Positions 1 to 10,080 of a stretch of 64,000 nucleotides of DNA are shown here, in pieces (the first letter of the stretch is position 1; every line of letters starts with the position of its first letter). The stretch covers positions 32,001-96,000 of IMG/VR virus record IMGVR_UViG_3300028837_002886. One strand, 5' to 3'. The notes under the pieces were generated by a model. It saw only the letters and a list, made by a program, of their open reading frames with translations. It had not been told where the DNA came from and searched no databases. The position numbers and the translations under genes were made by a program. This DNA is from a virus.

Positions 1-2433
1 CGCTATAACATCAAATATCGGTTCTAATGCTTTTATAATTCTCATTATAGCAGGTAATATGGCGTTTATGATATTCACAACAGCTTTGATAATCTTAGTC
101 AAAGGTCCCTTAAGTTGAGCCAGCATATTGGAAATTATTTTCCCGAATGTTTTAAATATTTGCGCCAATACTTTACCAAGCGGAGCAATTACCGGGATTA
201 GTTCGTCTATTAGGTCTGTAAACAGTTCCGCAATAGGTGTTATGATTCGGCTGACAAAACTCAATACGGCCGAAATCGCGGGGCTCAATGCTTCGATTAT
301 TTTCATTACGGCGCTTAGTATTGGCGGTACGACAGTCATGAAGGCGTCTATAAGAGTGGTTAGTATCTGTTCTACGATTGGCATAAACCCCATGGCCATG
401 TCTACGATTTGCTCCACTATTTTTACTATTTTAGAGAAAATAGATTCCTCGGCACCAGCAAAAAACAAATCTGTCAAGCGTTTAATCATTTCAAATATCG
501 GAGGAATAATTTTGGAAACACTTTGCATAGCTTGGCCGATATAAACAGCCAACTCTTTTACATAAGGAGCCATGTCTTTGAGGAGTTTGTTAACATGCAC
601 CATTATTTCGCGGATAACCTCTAATATCGGCTGAAGTGTTTCCATGAACAGTAGGGCCATTCTGTTTTTGGCCTGTTCGAACTGTTCCTTCAATTGTTTT
701 TGTTGTCGTTCTCTTTGTTTTGCCAAAACATCTTCTTGTGCCTCGCCAGCACGACCCATTAACTTGTTGACTTCACCCGCTTGGTCTGCGGTGAGGCTCG
801 CGAGCTGCTGGGCCATGCCGTAAGACATATTCATTGTTTTGGCGTAGGCTCTACCTGCTATTGGACCCATCGCCACAATCCGCTTGGATAGTGAAACGAA
901 CTTGGCCGCCATATCTTCTGGTATTTCACCTGCGCCCTGCATGATAGCAGTTGCGTCTGTGACGCTCATGCCTAACTGAGAATATAACGCTATGTTTTGT
1001 TCGAGGGATTCAGGGTCAAACAGGTCTTTAACTTTGGCTGCGGCCGCATCGGCCTCCAGGCCTACTTGAATAAATGTTGCTGCCAATCTTGTTGTTTCTC
1101 TTGAATATTGTTGTATCTGACGCTGGGTAGCGCCCATTGATTTCAATCTACGTGTTGATTCTGTTATGTTCTGTGCCAGAGCCTGTGTTTCGGCTGCTGA
1201 CAATCCTAATGTTTGCTGTAAGGAGGCAAACTGATTCAACATGCCTCTGATTTCAGTTTGGCTCAAGCGACCTACGTGTTGTAGTGTTCCTACCAACTGG
1301 CTCGTTTGTTCAAAGCTCATTCCAAGGCCCTTGGCTGCTTCCCAAGATAGGTCAGCTAAACCCTTGAGATCTTCAACAGGAATGTGCATGGCGGCCAGTC
1401 CTTGATAGACAGCAGCCATATCTTGAACTGCAGCACCAGCCTCCATGGCTGAGTTCTTAATATCTGTCATTAATCTATTGCTGGTTTTTCGAAAAGCTTC
1501 GGCAGACTCAACACCACCAGTCATTGTTCGCGCAATATCGTTAACGGCGGCATCTAAGTCCATGGCTCCTTGTATGGCAGTTACGAACGAAAGTCCACCT
1601 AGTATACCTACAAACCATTTCATCAATTTGATGACTGGAGCCAGTGGTCCCATTATAGCTGTCCACATCACCTTGGCCATTTTGTGCGCGGCTTTGAATG
1701 AAGACGCCATAGTTCTTCCCATAATGACAGCAGATCGACCGGCAATCTTAAAGGCGGTTCCCAGGCCTCTTATTGCGAGGCCAAGTGTACCACCTTCTTC
1801 TCCGGCAGATTTTAATCTTTTCTGGAGGCGTTTGAATACATTTTCAGATTCGTGTTCCATATTGGTAAGAGCGGTTTGTGCCAAATCGGCGGCTCTGGCG
1901 CCCTCTTTTAGTACTTCTTGTTGAGTGCCGAATACCTTGTTGACTGTCAGCCCCACTTTATCGACCAGGTCGCCAAAGGGACCAAGAGTTTTGCGACTGT
2001 CTTCTTGCGCTTTGTTGAAATCTTCAGCTATATCTCTACGCACCTCTTCCATTTTAATTTCTTTCTGTAATACTTCGGCGCGCTCTTCTGCATCCTTCAT
2101 CTGCTGGTCGGCCATTTCCACGGTTTTTTCGCTAAGCTCATCTGTTTTGTCGATGGCCGTGGTCAGAGCGTCGGCCGTGACGCCGTGCACTTGTTGAAAT
2201 ATCGATACTAATTTCTTAACTTCTACAGTAAGCCCTTGTATGCCCGAAGCCAACTGAATGCTCAAAACATCACCTAAACTAACGCCCCACTTTTTGGTCG
2301 AGTCTTCGATAATACTCAATTGACTTCTGATTTGACCACCAACAGCCTGGAACATTCGGCCCAGTTCTGTAAGATTGCTTTCTACATTAAGCATGAAATC
2401 CAAGTTGGTTGTCATCGTGTCGCCTGCGGGCAT
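1..2433 (-). CDS. Tail tape measure protein (3' end outside window)
   Basis: Not in the ORF track; translated by hand from ATG at 2433 (MPAGDTMTTNLDFMLNVESNL...), open to the window edge. Ala/Gln-rich helical protein ending in amphipathic repeats (PILSAVMKIIEALSPAISAVLSFVSRIITPIAELF), adjacent to a hub-like gene. Confidence 0.85.
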   Translation of the reverse strand, partial: MPAGDTMTTNLDFMLNVESNLTELGRMFQAVGGQIRSQLSIIEDSTKKWGVSLGDVLSIQLASGIQGLTVEVKKLVSIFQQVHGVTADALTTAIDKTDELSEKTVEMADQQMKDAEERAEVLQKEIKMEEVRRDIAEDFNKAQEDSRKTLGPFGDLVDKVGLTVNKVFGTQQEVLKEGARAADLAQTALTNMEHESENVFKRLQKRLKSAGEEGGTLGLAIRGLGTAFKIAGRSAVIMGRTMASSFKAAHKMAKVMWTAIMGPLAPVIKLMKWFVGILGGLSFVTAIQGAMDLDAAVNDIARTMTGGVESAEAFRKTSNRLMTDIKNSAMEAGAAVQDMAAVYQGLAAMHIPVEDLKGLADLSWEAAKGLGMSFEQTSQLVGTLQHVGRLSQTEIRGMLNQFASLQQTLGLSAAETQALAQNITESTRRLKSMGATQRQIQQYSRETTRLAATFIQVGLEADAAAAKVKDLFDPESLEQNIALYSQLGMSVTDATAIMQGAGEIPEDMAAKFVSLSKRIVAMGPIAGRAYAKTMNMSYGMAQQLASLTADQAGEVNKLMGRAGEAQEDVLAKQRERQQKQLKEQFEQAKNRMALLFMETLQPILEVIREIMVHVNKLLKDMAPYVKELAVYIGQAMQSVSKIIPPIFEMIKRLTDLFFAGAEESIFSKIVKIVEQIVDMAMGFMPIVEQILTTLIDAFMTVVPPILSAVMKIIEALSPAISAVLSFVSRIITPIAELFTDLIDELIPVIAPLGKVLAQIFKTFGKIISNMLAQLKGPLTKIIKAVVNIINAILPAIMRIIKALEPIFDVIA

Positions 2434-2437
2434 CTAC

Positions 2438-4477
2438 TTACTCCTGTTGTTCCAGTGACGTTTTCATCGCTTCCTCTTGGGCATCCCTTGCGGTCATCAA
2501 CGTCATTGAGGTTGTATATCCGGCTCTGGTTATATTGTGCGTCACATCAGCCGGTACAAATAAATAATAGTTGGTTAGTAATGACGGTTTTCCATCCGGC
2601 CTATGCACAATAACCCTCACTCTTTCTGTGTTAAAATCTACATGTGTTCCATCAAGAAATGGATCTCCCAAAATAGTTAATCTAAGTGTAAGAACCATGT
2701 CTTCATTTATATTAATCATCAAGCGCTCAAGCAGCCATTGATCTCTCTGCGCTTTTTCATCCAAGTCTAATCCATCTGCGCTTTGGGTGTTGAGTGGAAT
2801 TGGGAGAAACTCGCTGTGATTCTTGATATATGTGTTCCATTCTTGCTCTATTTGTTTTTCTCCTTCAACTTGCCGCTGTCTAACCTCTGCGTTCTCGGAA
2901 TCTCTTTTATTGATGGACTGTTGAACCTGATTGTCTATAGCCGCATACTCTTCCCTTAAATCTCCAGTTGTCTTTGGTCTTGTTTCGCCGGTTTCAGCAT
3001 CCACAATGGTGTCGGTTTCGATTTCTCTTAATATATAATTGCCTTGATCATCCTTGACTATATGACCATTGTCGTCTTTAACGGCATATTTGTCAAGAAA
3101 TTTATTCATAGGCGCATATAAATCATCGTATCCTTTTTCATTTTGATTTATTTTAGCCTGTGCCGCCTGGAGTCTCATCACAGAATCCGGGTCCTCACCC
3201 TGTTCTGTTATGTGTCTTTCCTTTTGGTGCTGCGTTTGTACTTCAGAATTAAGAGTGCTTAATGAAACAAGGCCTTCGGATTTACTAGGATCAAATCTTA
3301 CCACATGTTCGGCAATATTACCATTGTCATCTAATGTAAAGCCCATGAAACTCAGGCTTGCATAACCCAAGAAATAACCCTCTGGTATATTGGCCTCCAA
3401 GCTCTGTATTACAGATGTTGGGGTATTGCGCCACTCGTAAATCCTGGCTACTTTTGTTCGTTTCTCGAGAGGCGGCTTTAATATCCACTTTTTGACGAGA
3501 CCATATTTCTCAAAATATTTATCCTCAGGGCGATATGTCGTTATCTCTATTGTGGTTATTTTCGCTTTACGGGTATCTGTATCCTCCAATTGGAGACTTA
3601 GTGCTTTGTTGATAAACGACATCAGTGTTGTTTCACTTTTGCGAAATTGATTAGTATATCCTTTGAAATCCGAGACAGTCATGCTTCTGTTGAACTCTTC
3701 TGGTATATAATAATGAACTTCGTTCTGAAGGCTAAATCTTTTAAGCATAGCTATAACGAATTCCTGCAAGGTGCCGTTATCTTTTTCCGCCCCAGTATTT
3801 GGATCTACAGGCTTAACGACGTCGGTTCTCGTGCCCAGTTTGGTAATATCAAAAAAATATTGGCTGTTGCCAATCATATCAAGGCTTATATCTAGCCATG
3901 TGGCTCGAATGTTATATTTGAAACCTATAAGAATCATGGTAATCCAGTCGCTGGATATGGGTTGACTAACGCCTTCCCAGCCCCATCTTATTTTAGCAAA
4001 ACCTGGAGCCACAAACGGTTCGCCCTCAGCTTGCCAGTAACCTTGTTGTCTTTTTAATATGGTCTCATTGTATAGCGCGAGAGCTGTTAAAGCAAACCTT
4101 TCGATATATGTGAATTCTTGATCCGAAATAGTCAAGCTGCATTTTGGATAAGGATATGTGCTTACTGAAAAGTTAGTAACGAAATTATATGGTATTCTAA
4201 ACAAATTCTGGCTGTATGTGAGTTCATCTGCGCTAGCGTCTGACAAAAATTTAATTTCTATAAACGGCTTAAAAGGATATGTAGGTCTTAGGTATTCCCC
4301 AGTGTTTGGGTCTTGCCAGAATTGAGCTACGCGTTTATCGTTAGGATCGAATGCGTTTTGTCGCGCGATTTGATCCTTGCTTTTCTCTTCAAGGCTCTTC
4401 AGTTTCTTTGCGGTAGATGTTTCGTATACTTTTTCCTTGGCTTTCTGGTATTGGTCTGAAGTGAACTTGATAGCCAT
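2438..4477 (-). CDS. Baseplate hub / tail-associated protein (gp27-like), 679 aa
   Basis: Upstream of the tape measure gene; KIRWGW and C-terminal LTILGDPFL...VTHNITRAGYTTSMTL segments are typical of hub proteins; contains a coiled-coil insertion. Confidence 0.6.
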   Translation of the reverse strand: MAIKFTSDQYQKAKEKVYETSTAKKLKSLEEKSKDQIARQNAFDPNDKRVAQFWQDPNTGEYLRPTYPFKPFIEIKFLSDASADELTYSQNLFRIPYNFVTNFSVSTYPYPKCSLTISDQEFTYIERFALTALALYNETILKRQQGYWQAEGEPFVAPGFAKIRWGWEGVSQPISSDWITMILIGFKYNIRATWLDISLDMIGNSQYFFDITKLGTRTDVVKPVDPNTGAEKDNGTLQEFVIAMLKRFSLQNEVHYYIPEEFNRSMTVSDFKGYTNQFRKSETTLMSFINKALSLQLEDTDTRKAKITTIEITTYRPEDKYFEKYGLVKKWILKPPLEKRTKVARIYEWRNTPTSVIQSLEANIPEGYFLGYASLSFMGFTLDDNGNIAEHVVRFDPSKSEGLVSLSTLNSEVQTQHQKERHITEQGEDPDSVMRLQAAQAKINQNEKGYDDLYAPMNKFLDKYAVKDDNGHIVKDDQGNYILREIETDTIVDAETGETRPKTTGDLREEYAAIDNQVQQSINKRDSENAEVRQRQVEGEKQIEQEWNTYIKNHSEFLPIPLNTQSADGLDLDEKAQRDQWLLERLMININEDMVLTLRLTILGDPFLDGTHVDFNTERVRVIVHRPDGKPSLLTNYYLFVPADVTHNITRAGYTTSMTLMTARDAQEEAMKTSLEQQE

Positions 4478-4496
4478 AGTGTTATATCCTCACCTA

Positions 4497-4503
4497 TTAT
4501 CTT
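4497..4503 (-). promoter_or_regulatory. AAGATAA motif, putative phage late promoter (representative; 16 sites listed in findings)
   Basis: Intergenic, about 20 nt upstream of the hub gene; the same motif precedes many other starts. Confidence 0.6.
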
Positions 4504-4533
4504 CAAGCGAGAGAAAAAATCATCGTAGTTTTG

Positions 4534-5148
4534 TTATACTTCTGGCATTGGAGGAGGAGTTAATGATGGTGGCTCATACTGCGTTCTTTGTGCAAACGGA
4601 GCCCCAGGAGTGGGATTGTACTGAGTCCTTCTGGAGGTGTCGACGATATTCTGTGCCATGGCTTTGGTGTCGGCTGGCGTCTTGACTGCAGGGTTATAAA
4701 TTGTTTGATTGATTTTTCTTATCCAAGGCTCCGCGATGGACTGATTGGCATGAGGCTCTGGAACATTTGACATTCCTGAACTGACCAATCTACCCCTAAG
4801 GTTTTTGGTAAAATAACGGCGAAAGCTTAATCTTGGGATAGCTGGATAAGTTTTCTTTAGCAATTGATATATCACCAAACCGTTCAATGGAACTCCTGAA
4901 TCCCTTGCTGATATAACCCAATTGGCTAGACTGTATTGCAATGCCCCTAAGTAGTGCGTATTCAATCCGGTAGTGTACATTTGGTCAGAGCTCAATACAA
5001 ATACAGTAGGTCTTGGGTCATGTATAATATAACCTGGTACGCCAGATCTATATGTGCATTGATATATGCGGCCTGGGCTGAATGGAATTACTCCAGATCT
5101 AAAGCTGCGTCTGAAGATTAAACCCATAATGCGCTGCCAAAGTCCCAT
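4534..5148 (-). CDS. T4 gp2-like DNA end protector protein
   Basis: PGRIYQCTY...HDPRPTVFVL...GLNTHYL...FRRY matches the gp2 family pattern (YDxxPLV...GLNLHYL...KxY). Confidence 0.65.
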   Translation of the reverse strand: MGLWQRIMGLIFRRSFRSGVIPFSPGRIYQCTYRSGVPGYIIHDPRPTVFVLSSDQMYTTGLNTHYLGALQYSLANWVISARDSGVPLNGLVIYQLLKKTYPAIPRLSFRRYFTKNLRGRLVSSGMSNVPEPHANQSIAEPWIRKINQTIYNPAVKTPADTKAMAQNIVDTSRRTQYNPTPGAPFAQRTQYEPPSLTPPPMPEV

Positions 5149-5504
5149 TACTTACGCTCCAACAATAACTTTTGACGCTCATTGTTAATGTATCCCCACG
5201 CGGCTTTGTATATTTGATACCTGTGAGCGCCTTCTTGTAACATCATCCATGCGACCTTTTCTACCTTGGGGTGGCACTTCCGACAAAGAGTAACTAAATT
5301 CAAATCTTCGTTGCTGTGAGATATTTTGAAAGGGATAATATGATGAACGTGAAGACCTTTTTTCTCTTCACATATTTTACACCGGCCACCGTCACGTCTT
5401 ACTATACGGGCTCTTATTTTAGGCCAATCTTTGCCGTACTTCGCTTTGCCGTGAAAGTGTATATTATACTTCTGTCTTAGACTTGGATTTTTCTTCATTT
5501 TCAA
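5148..5504 (-). CDS. HNH endonuclease
   Basis: RDGGRCKIC...VHHIIP...NLVTLCRKCH. Confidence 0.9.
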   Translation of the reverse strand: MKMKKNPSLRQKYNIHFHGKAKYGKDWPKIRARIVRRDGGRCKICEEKKGLHVHHIIPFKISHSNEDLNLVTLCRKCHPKVEKVAWMMLQEGAHRYQIYKAAWGYINNERQKLLLERK

Positions 5505-6027
5505 GTATCAACTTGTATACTTTACCCAGCAGAGCGACGGCTTGTTTCAAGACAAGATCAAGGTCATCGACGATTTTGTAGGTTTCGGGCTCTTTTAGTT
5601 TTATTTTCAACAGTTGAGAATAACCATATATCTGATCCAACAGCGCTTTGATGTTCAAGATCAAGTCAGGGAACAGCTCTGAAATCTTGTTTGGATGTTT
5701 GACGGCCTCTCGTATTTTCTCTAGGTGTTCAGCTTCTATCATCAGAAGGATAACAGACTTTTCCTCGCCTTTGATGAGATATCCTATGTGCAACACCAAT
5801 GCTGTATCGTTGACCATAACGACAACTTGTCCTGTTGCATCTTGCTTGATTATCCCATAATACTCTTTGAGAGAATCATCATCAGGGAAAAAATCAGTGG
5901 CACTATAGTCCTCAGCCGCATTTTTATTCATACCATAATAATCTCGGGCTTTTTTATTGGCCTGGATTATTTTTCCAGCTTCACTTAAAACAACTACCCC
6001 TATTGGTAATCTTCCAAAATGTAGCAT
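5464..6027 (-). CDS. PAS-domain protein with His-less HisKA-like C-terminus
   Basis: LPIGVVVLSEAGKIIQANKKA is a PAS start; LILNIKALLDQIYGYSQLL resembles the DHp helix but lacks His; no ATPase domain. Confidence 0.55.
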   Translation of the reverse strand: MLHFGRLPIGVVVLSEAGKIIQANKKARDYYGMNKNAAEDYSATDFFPDDDSLKEYYGIIKQDATGQVVVMVNDTALVLHIGYLIKGEEKSVILLMIEAEHLEKIREAVKHPNKISELFPDLILNIKALLDQIYGYSQLLKIKLKEPETYKIVDDLDLVLKQAVALLGKVYKLILENEEKSKSKTEV

Positions 6028-6083
6028 AATTTCCTCCCTATGGTCTACAAACTTATCTTAGGTGATTATCATTCTGTATGCGC

Positions 6084-6119
6084 AAAAAAATGTTCCGTGC
6101 GCCTAAACACACGGAACAT
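6084..6119 (-). terminator. Rho-independent terminator
   Basis: Minus strand TGTTCCGTG-loop-CACGGAACA followed by a T7 run. Confidence 0.8.
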
Positions 6120-6167
6120 AAGACAGGAGGAGTTTCCCCGACCTACGTACGGCCGGGCTAGGAGAAG

Positions 6168-6602
6168 CTATGTGGTTGATAGGTTAAGTATTTTATTTAG
6201 CTTATCTCTTTCTTTTCGCATTCTTTCACCGGCGGATTGCAGCTGCAATTTGAGCATGTTTTTCAACGCAGTAATTGCTTCTTGCATCGCCTTGGTAGAA
6301 CTTTCATCTATCTCACTACTTATATATGTATTGCCACGAAAGACAACCTCCGCCAACCGATCGCCTTCTTCAGAAAAAACTTCGTACACTCTTACGATGT
6401 CTCGACTGCCTTCTGGTCTGTATTGATTTCTTTGGAATCTATATTTACCCACAGCAACAGCCGATTGCGGCTCGGTTTGCTCACTTAAATCTATTAACAG
6501 ATCCACCATTTTTGTCAAACTGCTCCAGGAAACTGCCATTTCGGCGCGCATGCGGGATTCTACACTGATGAGTCTGTTTGTCTCAGCATCCATTATTTCC
6601 AT
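6168..6602 (-). CDS. Hypothetical protein
   Basis: ORF; likely start MEIMDAET, overlapping the end of the methyltransferase gene. Confidence 0.6.
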   Translation of the reverse strand: MEIMDAETNRLISVESRMRAEMAVSWSSLTKMVDLLIDLSEQTEPQSAVAVGKYRFQRNQYRPEGSRDIVRVYEVFSEEGDRLAEVVFRGNTYISSEIDESSTKAMQEAITALKNMLKLQLQSAGERMRKERDKLNKILNLSTT

Positions 6603-8184
6603 TATTTTCACCTTGAATAAATTTATTCGCCAAATCGATATATTCTTGTGAGATATCGAAACCAAGCCAACGGTATTTTCTATTATATTTATTGTTTAGC
6701 CTGACAGCAGCCTGTGCACTGGATCCCGAACCAACAAAAGGATCCACAATAAGACCATCTTCAGGCAAATACAATTCAATAAATCTCATTGGTAAGTCAA
6801 CCGAAAAGGGGGCAGGATGATTGCGGACTTTTGTGTTGGTGGGCGCGATGTCCCAGTTGTCGGTAAACTGCCGCCAAAACACGGCGAAGCTCTCCGCCAA
6901 CGCTTCTTTTGTCTCCTCTTCGCCTTTCTTAATAGCACTTATCAAAGACCTCGAAACCTGTGATGCCATTTTTGTTTTCAGCTGTGTTACGTTGTCTTCG
7001 TAAATCTGTTTAAGAGCGCGATTGATTTTAGTAGGGGTTAAATCGCTCTCTTTTTTTAGCTTCGGCCTCACCTTAAGCAAGGCTTTTTCAGCCAAATCTG
7101 AAATAGTTTCGCTATAACCCTCTAAAACTTTATTAACGTAGTTTAATGACACACTTGCTATATTATCTTTAATTATCTTTTTGTCCAAATCGCTTCCGGT
7201 CATACTTTTTTTTAACTTTTCTTTGATGTCTAATGTGGTTTTATCATACCAAACGTTATAAAGCTGATCTTTCACCTGTTTCAAATCAATACACGTGTGG
7301 TTTGTTATATCATCACCTTTGGTAAGTATCCAGATATACTCTGTAATCGGATTTGGTCTGTAAACTTGCGAGGCCTCGTCTTTGAGGGTTTGTTTTATTT
7401 CTTTTTGCTTTTTATTCTCGGATAATAATTCTAATACGCGAATGTTATTGTTAAGCTCAAGCCTGTCGTTATCCAGGTTGCGATATTCATCCGTATCCTC
7501 ATTGCCATCTTTTTTGAGTTCTCGTAGTTTCGCCAGCAAAGCTTTTTTTAGATCCTTGTATTCGCTCAGCTTTTGTGCTGGCTCAGGCAGGTCCTTGAAT
7601 TTCTTTATTGCCTTTAGCCTGTCTTGATATTTCTGGTAAGAAAGGATGTAGGAGCCAGTTCTTTGTTTGCCAGCACCGAGAGGTTTGACCCACATGATTT
7701 GCTCTTGAAATGTAAAACCGACATCTACGGCTATATTCAGCAAATCAATTCCAGTCGGACGCTTCTGTCCTTCGGCCATTATGTTTGATATGTTGAGGCC
7801 GAACACTCCGCCATCTTTGAGAGCAACATAAGCCGAGGACATCCATTCCTTCATTTGTATTAGATAATCTTCATAAGGTTGGCTGTCGTCATAGGAATAT
7901 TCTTTGCTTTTTCCATCTTCATAAGCTTTGCCTGCACAATAGGGAGGCGATGTAAATATGGCATCTACTCGATCACGAAGACGCAACAGGCCTGTGCGGC
8001 AATCTTCCAGGTGGTTCTTGTTTTCTTCCAAGCCCTCTTTTATATCTATTACTTCTCTTTTGGCTTCTTTGAATATGTTTCGTGTGAGAGCTCTTTGATT
8101 GAGGCCAGTTATTGAGTTTTCGACTTCATCGAGGTCATATAGCCATACGTCGCCATGGTGCGTTATTTTCAGGTACTTTGGCAT
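6583..8184 (-). CDS. N4-C/N6-A DNA methyltransferase (beta class) with large helical insertions
   Basis: Motif IV FTSPPY precedes HPAPF and motif I DPFVGSGS. Confidence 0.9.
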   Translation of the reverse strand: MPKYLKITHHGDVWLYDLDEVENSITGLNQRALTRNIFKEAKREVIDIKEGLEENKNHLEDCRTGLLRLRDRVDAIFTSPPYCAGKAYEDGKSKEYSYDDSQPYEDYLIQMKEWMSSAYVALKDGGVFGLNISNIMAEGQKRPTGIDLLNIAVDVGFTFQEQIMWVKPLGAGKQRTGSYILSYQKYQDRLKAIKKFKDLPEPAQKLSEYKDLKKALLAKLRELKKDGNEDTDEYRNLDNDRLELNNNIRVLELLSENKKQKEIKQTLKDEASQVYRPNPITEYIWILTKGDDITNHTCIDLKQVKDQLYNVWYDKTTLDIKEKLKKSMTGSDLDKKIIKDNIASVSLNYVNKVLEGYSETISDLAEKALLKVRPKLKKESDLTPTKINRALKQIYEDNVTQLKTKMASQVSRSLISAIKKGEEETKEALAESFAVFWRQFTDNWDIAPTNTKVRNHPAPFSVDLPMRFIELYLPEDGLIVDPFVGSGSSAQAAVRLNNKYNRKYRWLGFDISQEYIDLANKFIQGENNGNNGC

Positions 8185-8211
8185 CTTAACTCCGGTTTGC
8201 TTGTGTATATA

Positions 8212-8436
8212 CTATATATGCTTTCTGAACTTTAGCTTATAAAACAAAAAAGCGCTGACTGGGATGATAGCAAAGTTTAGGAAAACATACAAGAGGACGT
8301 TTCGAACGGTGAATGGAACTGTGAACATCATAAGAAATACCGCGCTTATTGCACCCGTGATAGCACTACAGCAGATGCCAAACAAAATAGAGGCGACTCT
8401 TCTACATCGGTGTTTTACTTCTTTAAGTTTATACAT
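8212..8436 (-). CDS. Small two-TM membrane protein
   Basis: Two hydrophobic segments. Confidence 0.55.
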   Translation of the reverse strand: MYKLKEVKHRCRRVASILFGICCSAITGAISAVFLMMFTVPFTVRNVLLYVFLNFAIIPVSAFLFYKLKFRKHI

Positions 8437-8617
8437 TTTCGTTTAGACTCCACATAGCACATATATTTAAAATTGGATCCCCAGCATTTACGTCTCTCTG
8501 AGCACTTGCCACAACCGCACAATATATTACCTTCGTTTACGATGGCCCTGCGTAATTGTTCCAGGTACCAATTGGTTTTCCGGAACATATCTCTCATTTC
8601 GTTGAACTGCTCTATGT

Positions 8618-9067
8618 TTATTGTTCATACTCCTTGATGTATTCCGATAGATAATTGTGTACGGTATCCCCGCCTCCCTCCCAGGGCGACTCGATCCATT
8701 TATAATCCCCGTTTATTTCTACTATTTTAATTTCACCTTCGATGTAATCCCTTTGGCCCTCCATATAGGCATACTCCATAGACATCCTTAAAGAAGCTGC
8801 CGCTCCTTCGTATTGTTCCTCTTCTTTGACTTCAGGTGCTTTTTTCACAGGGTTTTCTTGTACTGCGGTAGTGAGTCCTGGATACTTTTCAGCGTCTCGT
8901 TCGTTTCTAACAGAACTTATTATGCAAAGCAGGATGAAAAAAACAACCACAATCACGGAAATCACAAGCCAATGTTTTCGGAAAAATGTAGACAATTTCA
9001 ATCTAAACCTAAACAAACTGCTCATTTGATGTCCTCCTTTTTTTCCTCTATATCTATGTATCCGCAA
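8618..9067 (-). CDS. Membrane-anchored hypothetical protein (start probably MSSLF)
   Basis: N-terminal TM; conserved-looking EYAYMEGQRD...WIESPW. Confidence 0.6.
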   Translation of the reverse strand: MRIHRYRGKKGGHQMSSLFRFRLKLSTFFRKHWLVISVIVVVFFILLCIISSVRNERDAEKYPGLTTAVQENPVKKAPEVKEEEQYEGAAASLRMSMEYAYMEGQRDYIEGEIKIVEINGDYKWIESPWEGGGDTVHNYLSEYIKEYEQ

Positions 9068-9087
9068 AGATAAAATTGAGGTAAATT

Positions 9088-9369
9088 ATGGACTTCACAA
9101 AGGGTGATATTATAAAGTTTGGTGAGATGTTGGTGTTTATCCGCGAGCCCAAAGAAATCGGCATCATTTTCGCCAAGAGGCCCGATTGGCTTCCCGGCGA
9201 ACGTACAAACGAAATGTATATTTTTTTGAAGCCCTATGGTCTTACTCAAATGGCGCCATCAGGGACGTACGGTTGGGGATGGGAAGAGCTAACGATTGAC
9301 GATAAGGATCAAATAAACAAGAAGATTAATATAGAAGTAGCTAAACGTTTTGTTAAGTGGATGTTCTAA
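9088..9369 (+). CDS. Small beta-barrel-like protein (KGDII start) with C-terminal amphipathic motif
   Basis: Has its own AAGATAA motif and GAGG RBS; a lone plus-strand gene. Confidence 0.7.
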   Translation: MDFTKGDIIKFGEMLVFIREPKEIGIIFAKRPDWLPGERTNEMYIFLKPYGLTQMAPSGTYGWGWEELTIDDKDQINKKINIEVAKRFVKWMF

Positions 9370-9374
9370 TGTGA

Positions 9375-10049
9375 TTATTCCCACGCAGGACAATCTTCTT
9401 TATAGGCACAAAAATCACACAATCTGTTTTTAGTAGGTGTCCAACTCCTGGTTTTATTTATCCTATTCGCAACATCTTTCAAGTATTCTAAAAAGTAGTC
9501 TATTTCATCTGATGTGTACGTGTTGGAATCTATAGAACCCAGAAAGCTGTAATATACGATAGTTTCTATTTGCTCTGGAGGGATGCTTCTTTCTTTCGAT
9601 AACACCAACGAATAAAACTTTAGTTGTAGATCGTTCATCCCCTTCCAGAATTTTTTGGAAGTTTTAAAGTCTATAATAATCAAACCCTCGTCAGTGGTGT
9701 AAATCTTGTCGCTTTTTCCCGCCAGATACAGGTTGCCGACGTTGGTTTTTATTTTTTGCTCGTTCTCACCCTTGTAGCCTTCGTATTGTTTAATATATTT
9801 GACAGTATTACCTATGGCCATTATGAGATTACTTTCCATGCGCTTGGGAATGTTAAACTCTCTCTTGAGCTGTTGTAAGATATCACTGACCTTTTTATGC
9901 TCATAGAGTTCCATGAAGCGGTGTACATAACTGCCAAAAACTAAAGCGTCGGTCTCTGGCTGCGGTTTTTCAATCCTGTCAACATAGCGCCACTTATACT
10001 GTAATTTACATATTTCGTAGGTTTTAATTAAACTTGGGGATAAGTACAT
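9375..10049 (-). CDS. PD-(D/E)XK RecB/Cas4-like nuclease
   Basis: LSPS...C, GSYVH, GKSD, IIDFKT, QLKFY, CDFCAYKEDC. Confidence 0.9.
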   Translation of the reverse strand: MYLSPSLIKTYEICKLQYKWRYVDRIEKPQPETDALVFGSYVHRFMELYEHKKVSDILQQLKREFNIPKRMESNLIMAIGNTVKYIKQYEGYKGENEQKIKTNVGNLYLAGKSDKIYTTDEGLIIIDFKTSKKFWKGMNDLQLKFYSLVLSKERSIPPEQIETIVYYSFLGSIDSNTYTSDEIDYFLEYLKDVANRINKTRSWTPTKNRLCDFCAYKEDCPAWE

Positions 10050-10080
10050 ATCACATCCTGATGAGATTATATATGCTTTG

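Noticed and set aside
128-2613. Plus-strand ORFs in the ORF track
   Set aside because: Antisense shadows of the tape measure and hub genes; the same applies to most plus-strand ORFs outside 9088-9369 and 58319-60330.
6126-6166. Extra hairpin (CCCGGCC...GGTCGGG) before the terminator
   Set aside because: Too short and without a recognisable motif; most simply 3' UTR structure.
6583-8184. Inteins in the methyltransferase
   Set aside because: The inserts lack splice-junction residues and LAGLIDADG motifs.
9375-10049. Cas4-like nuclease as evidence of a CRISPR-Cas locus
   Set aside because: No repeat-spacer array or other cas core genes; stand-alone RecB-family nucleases are common in phages.
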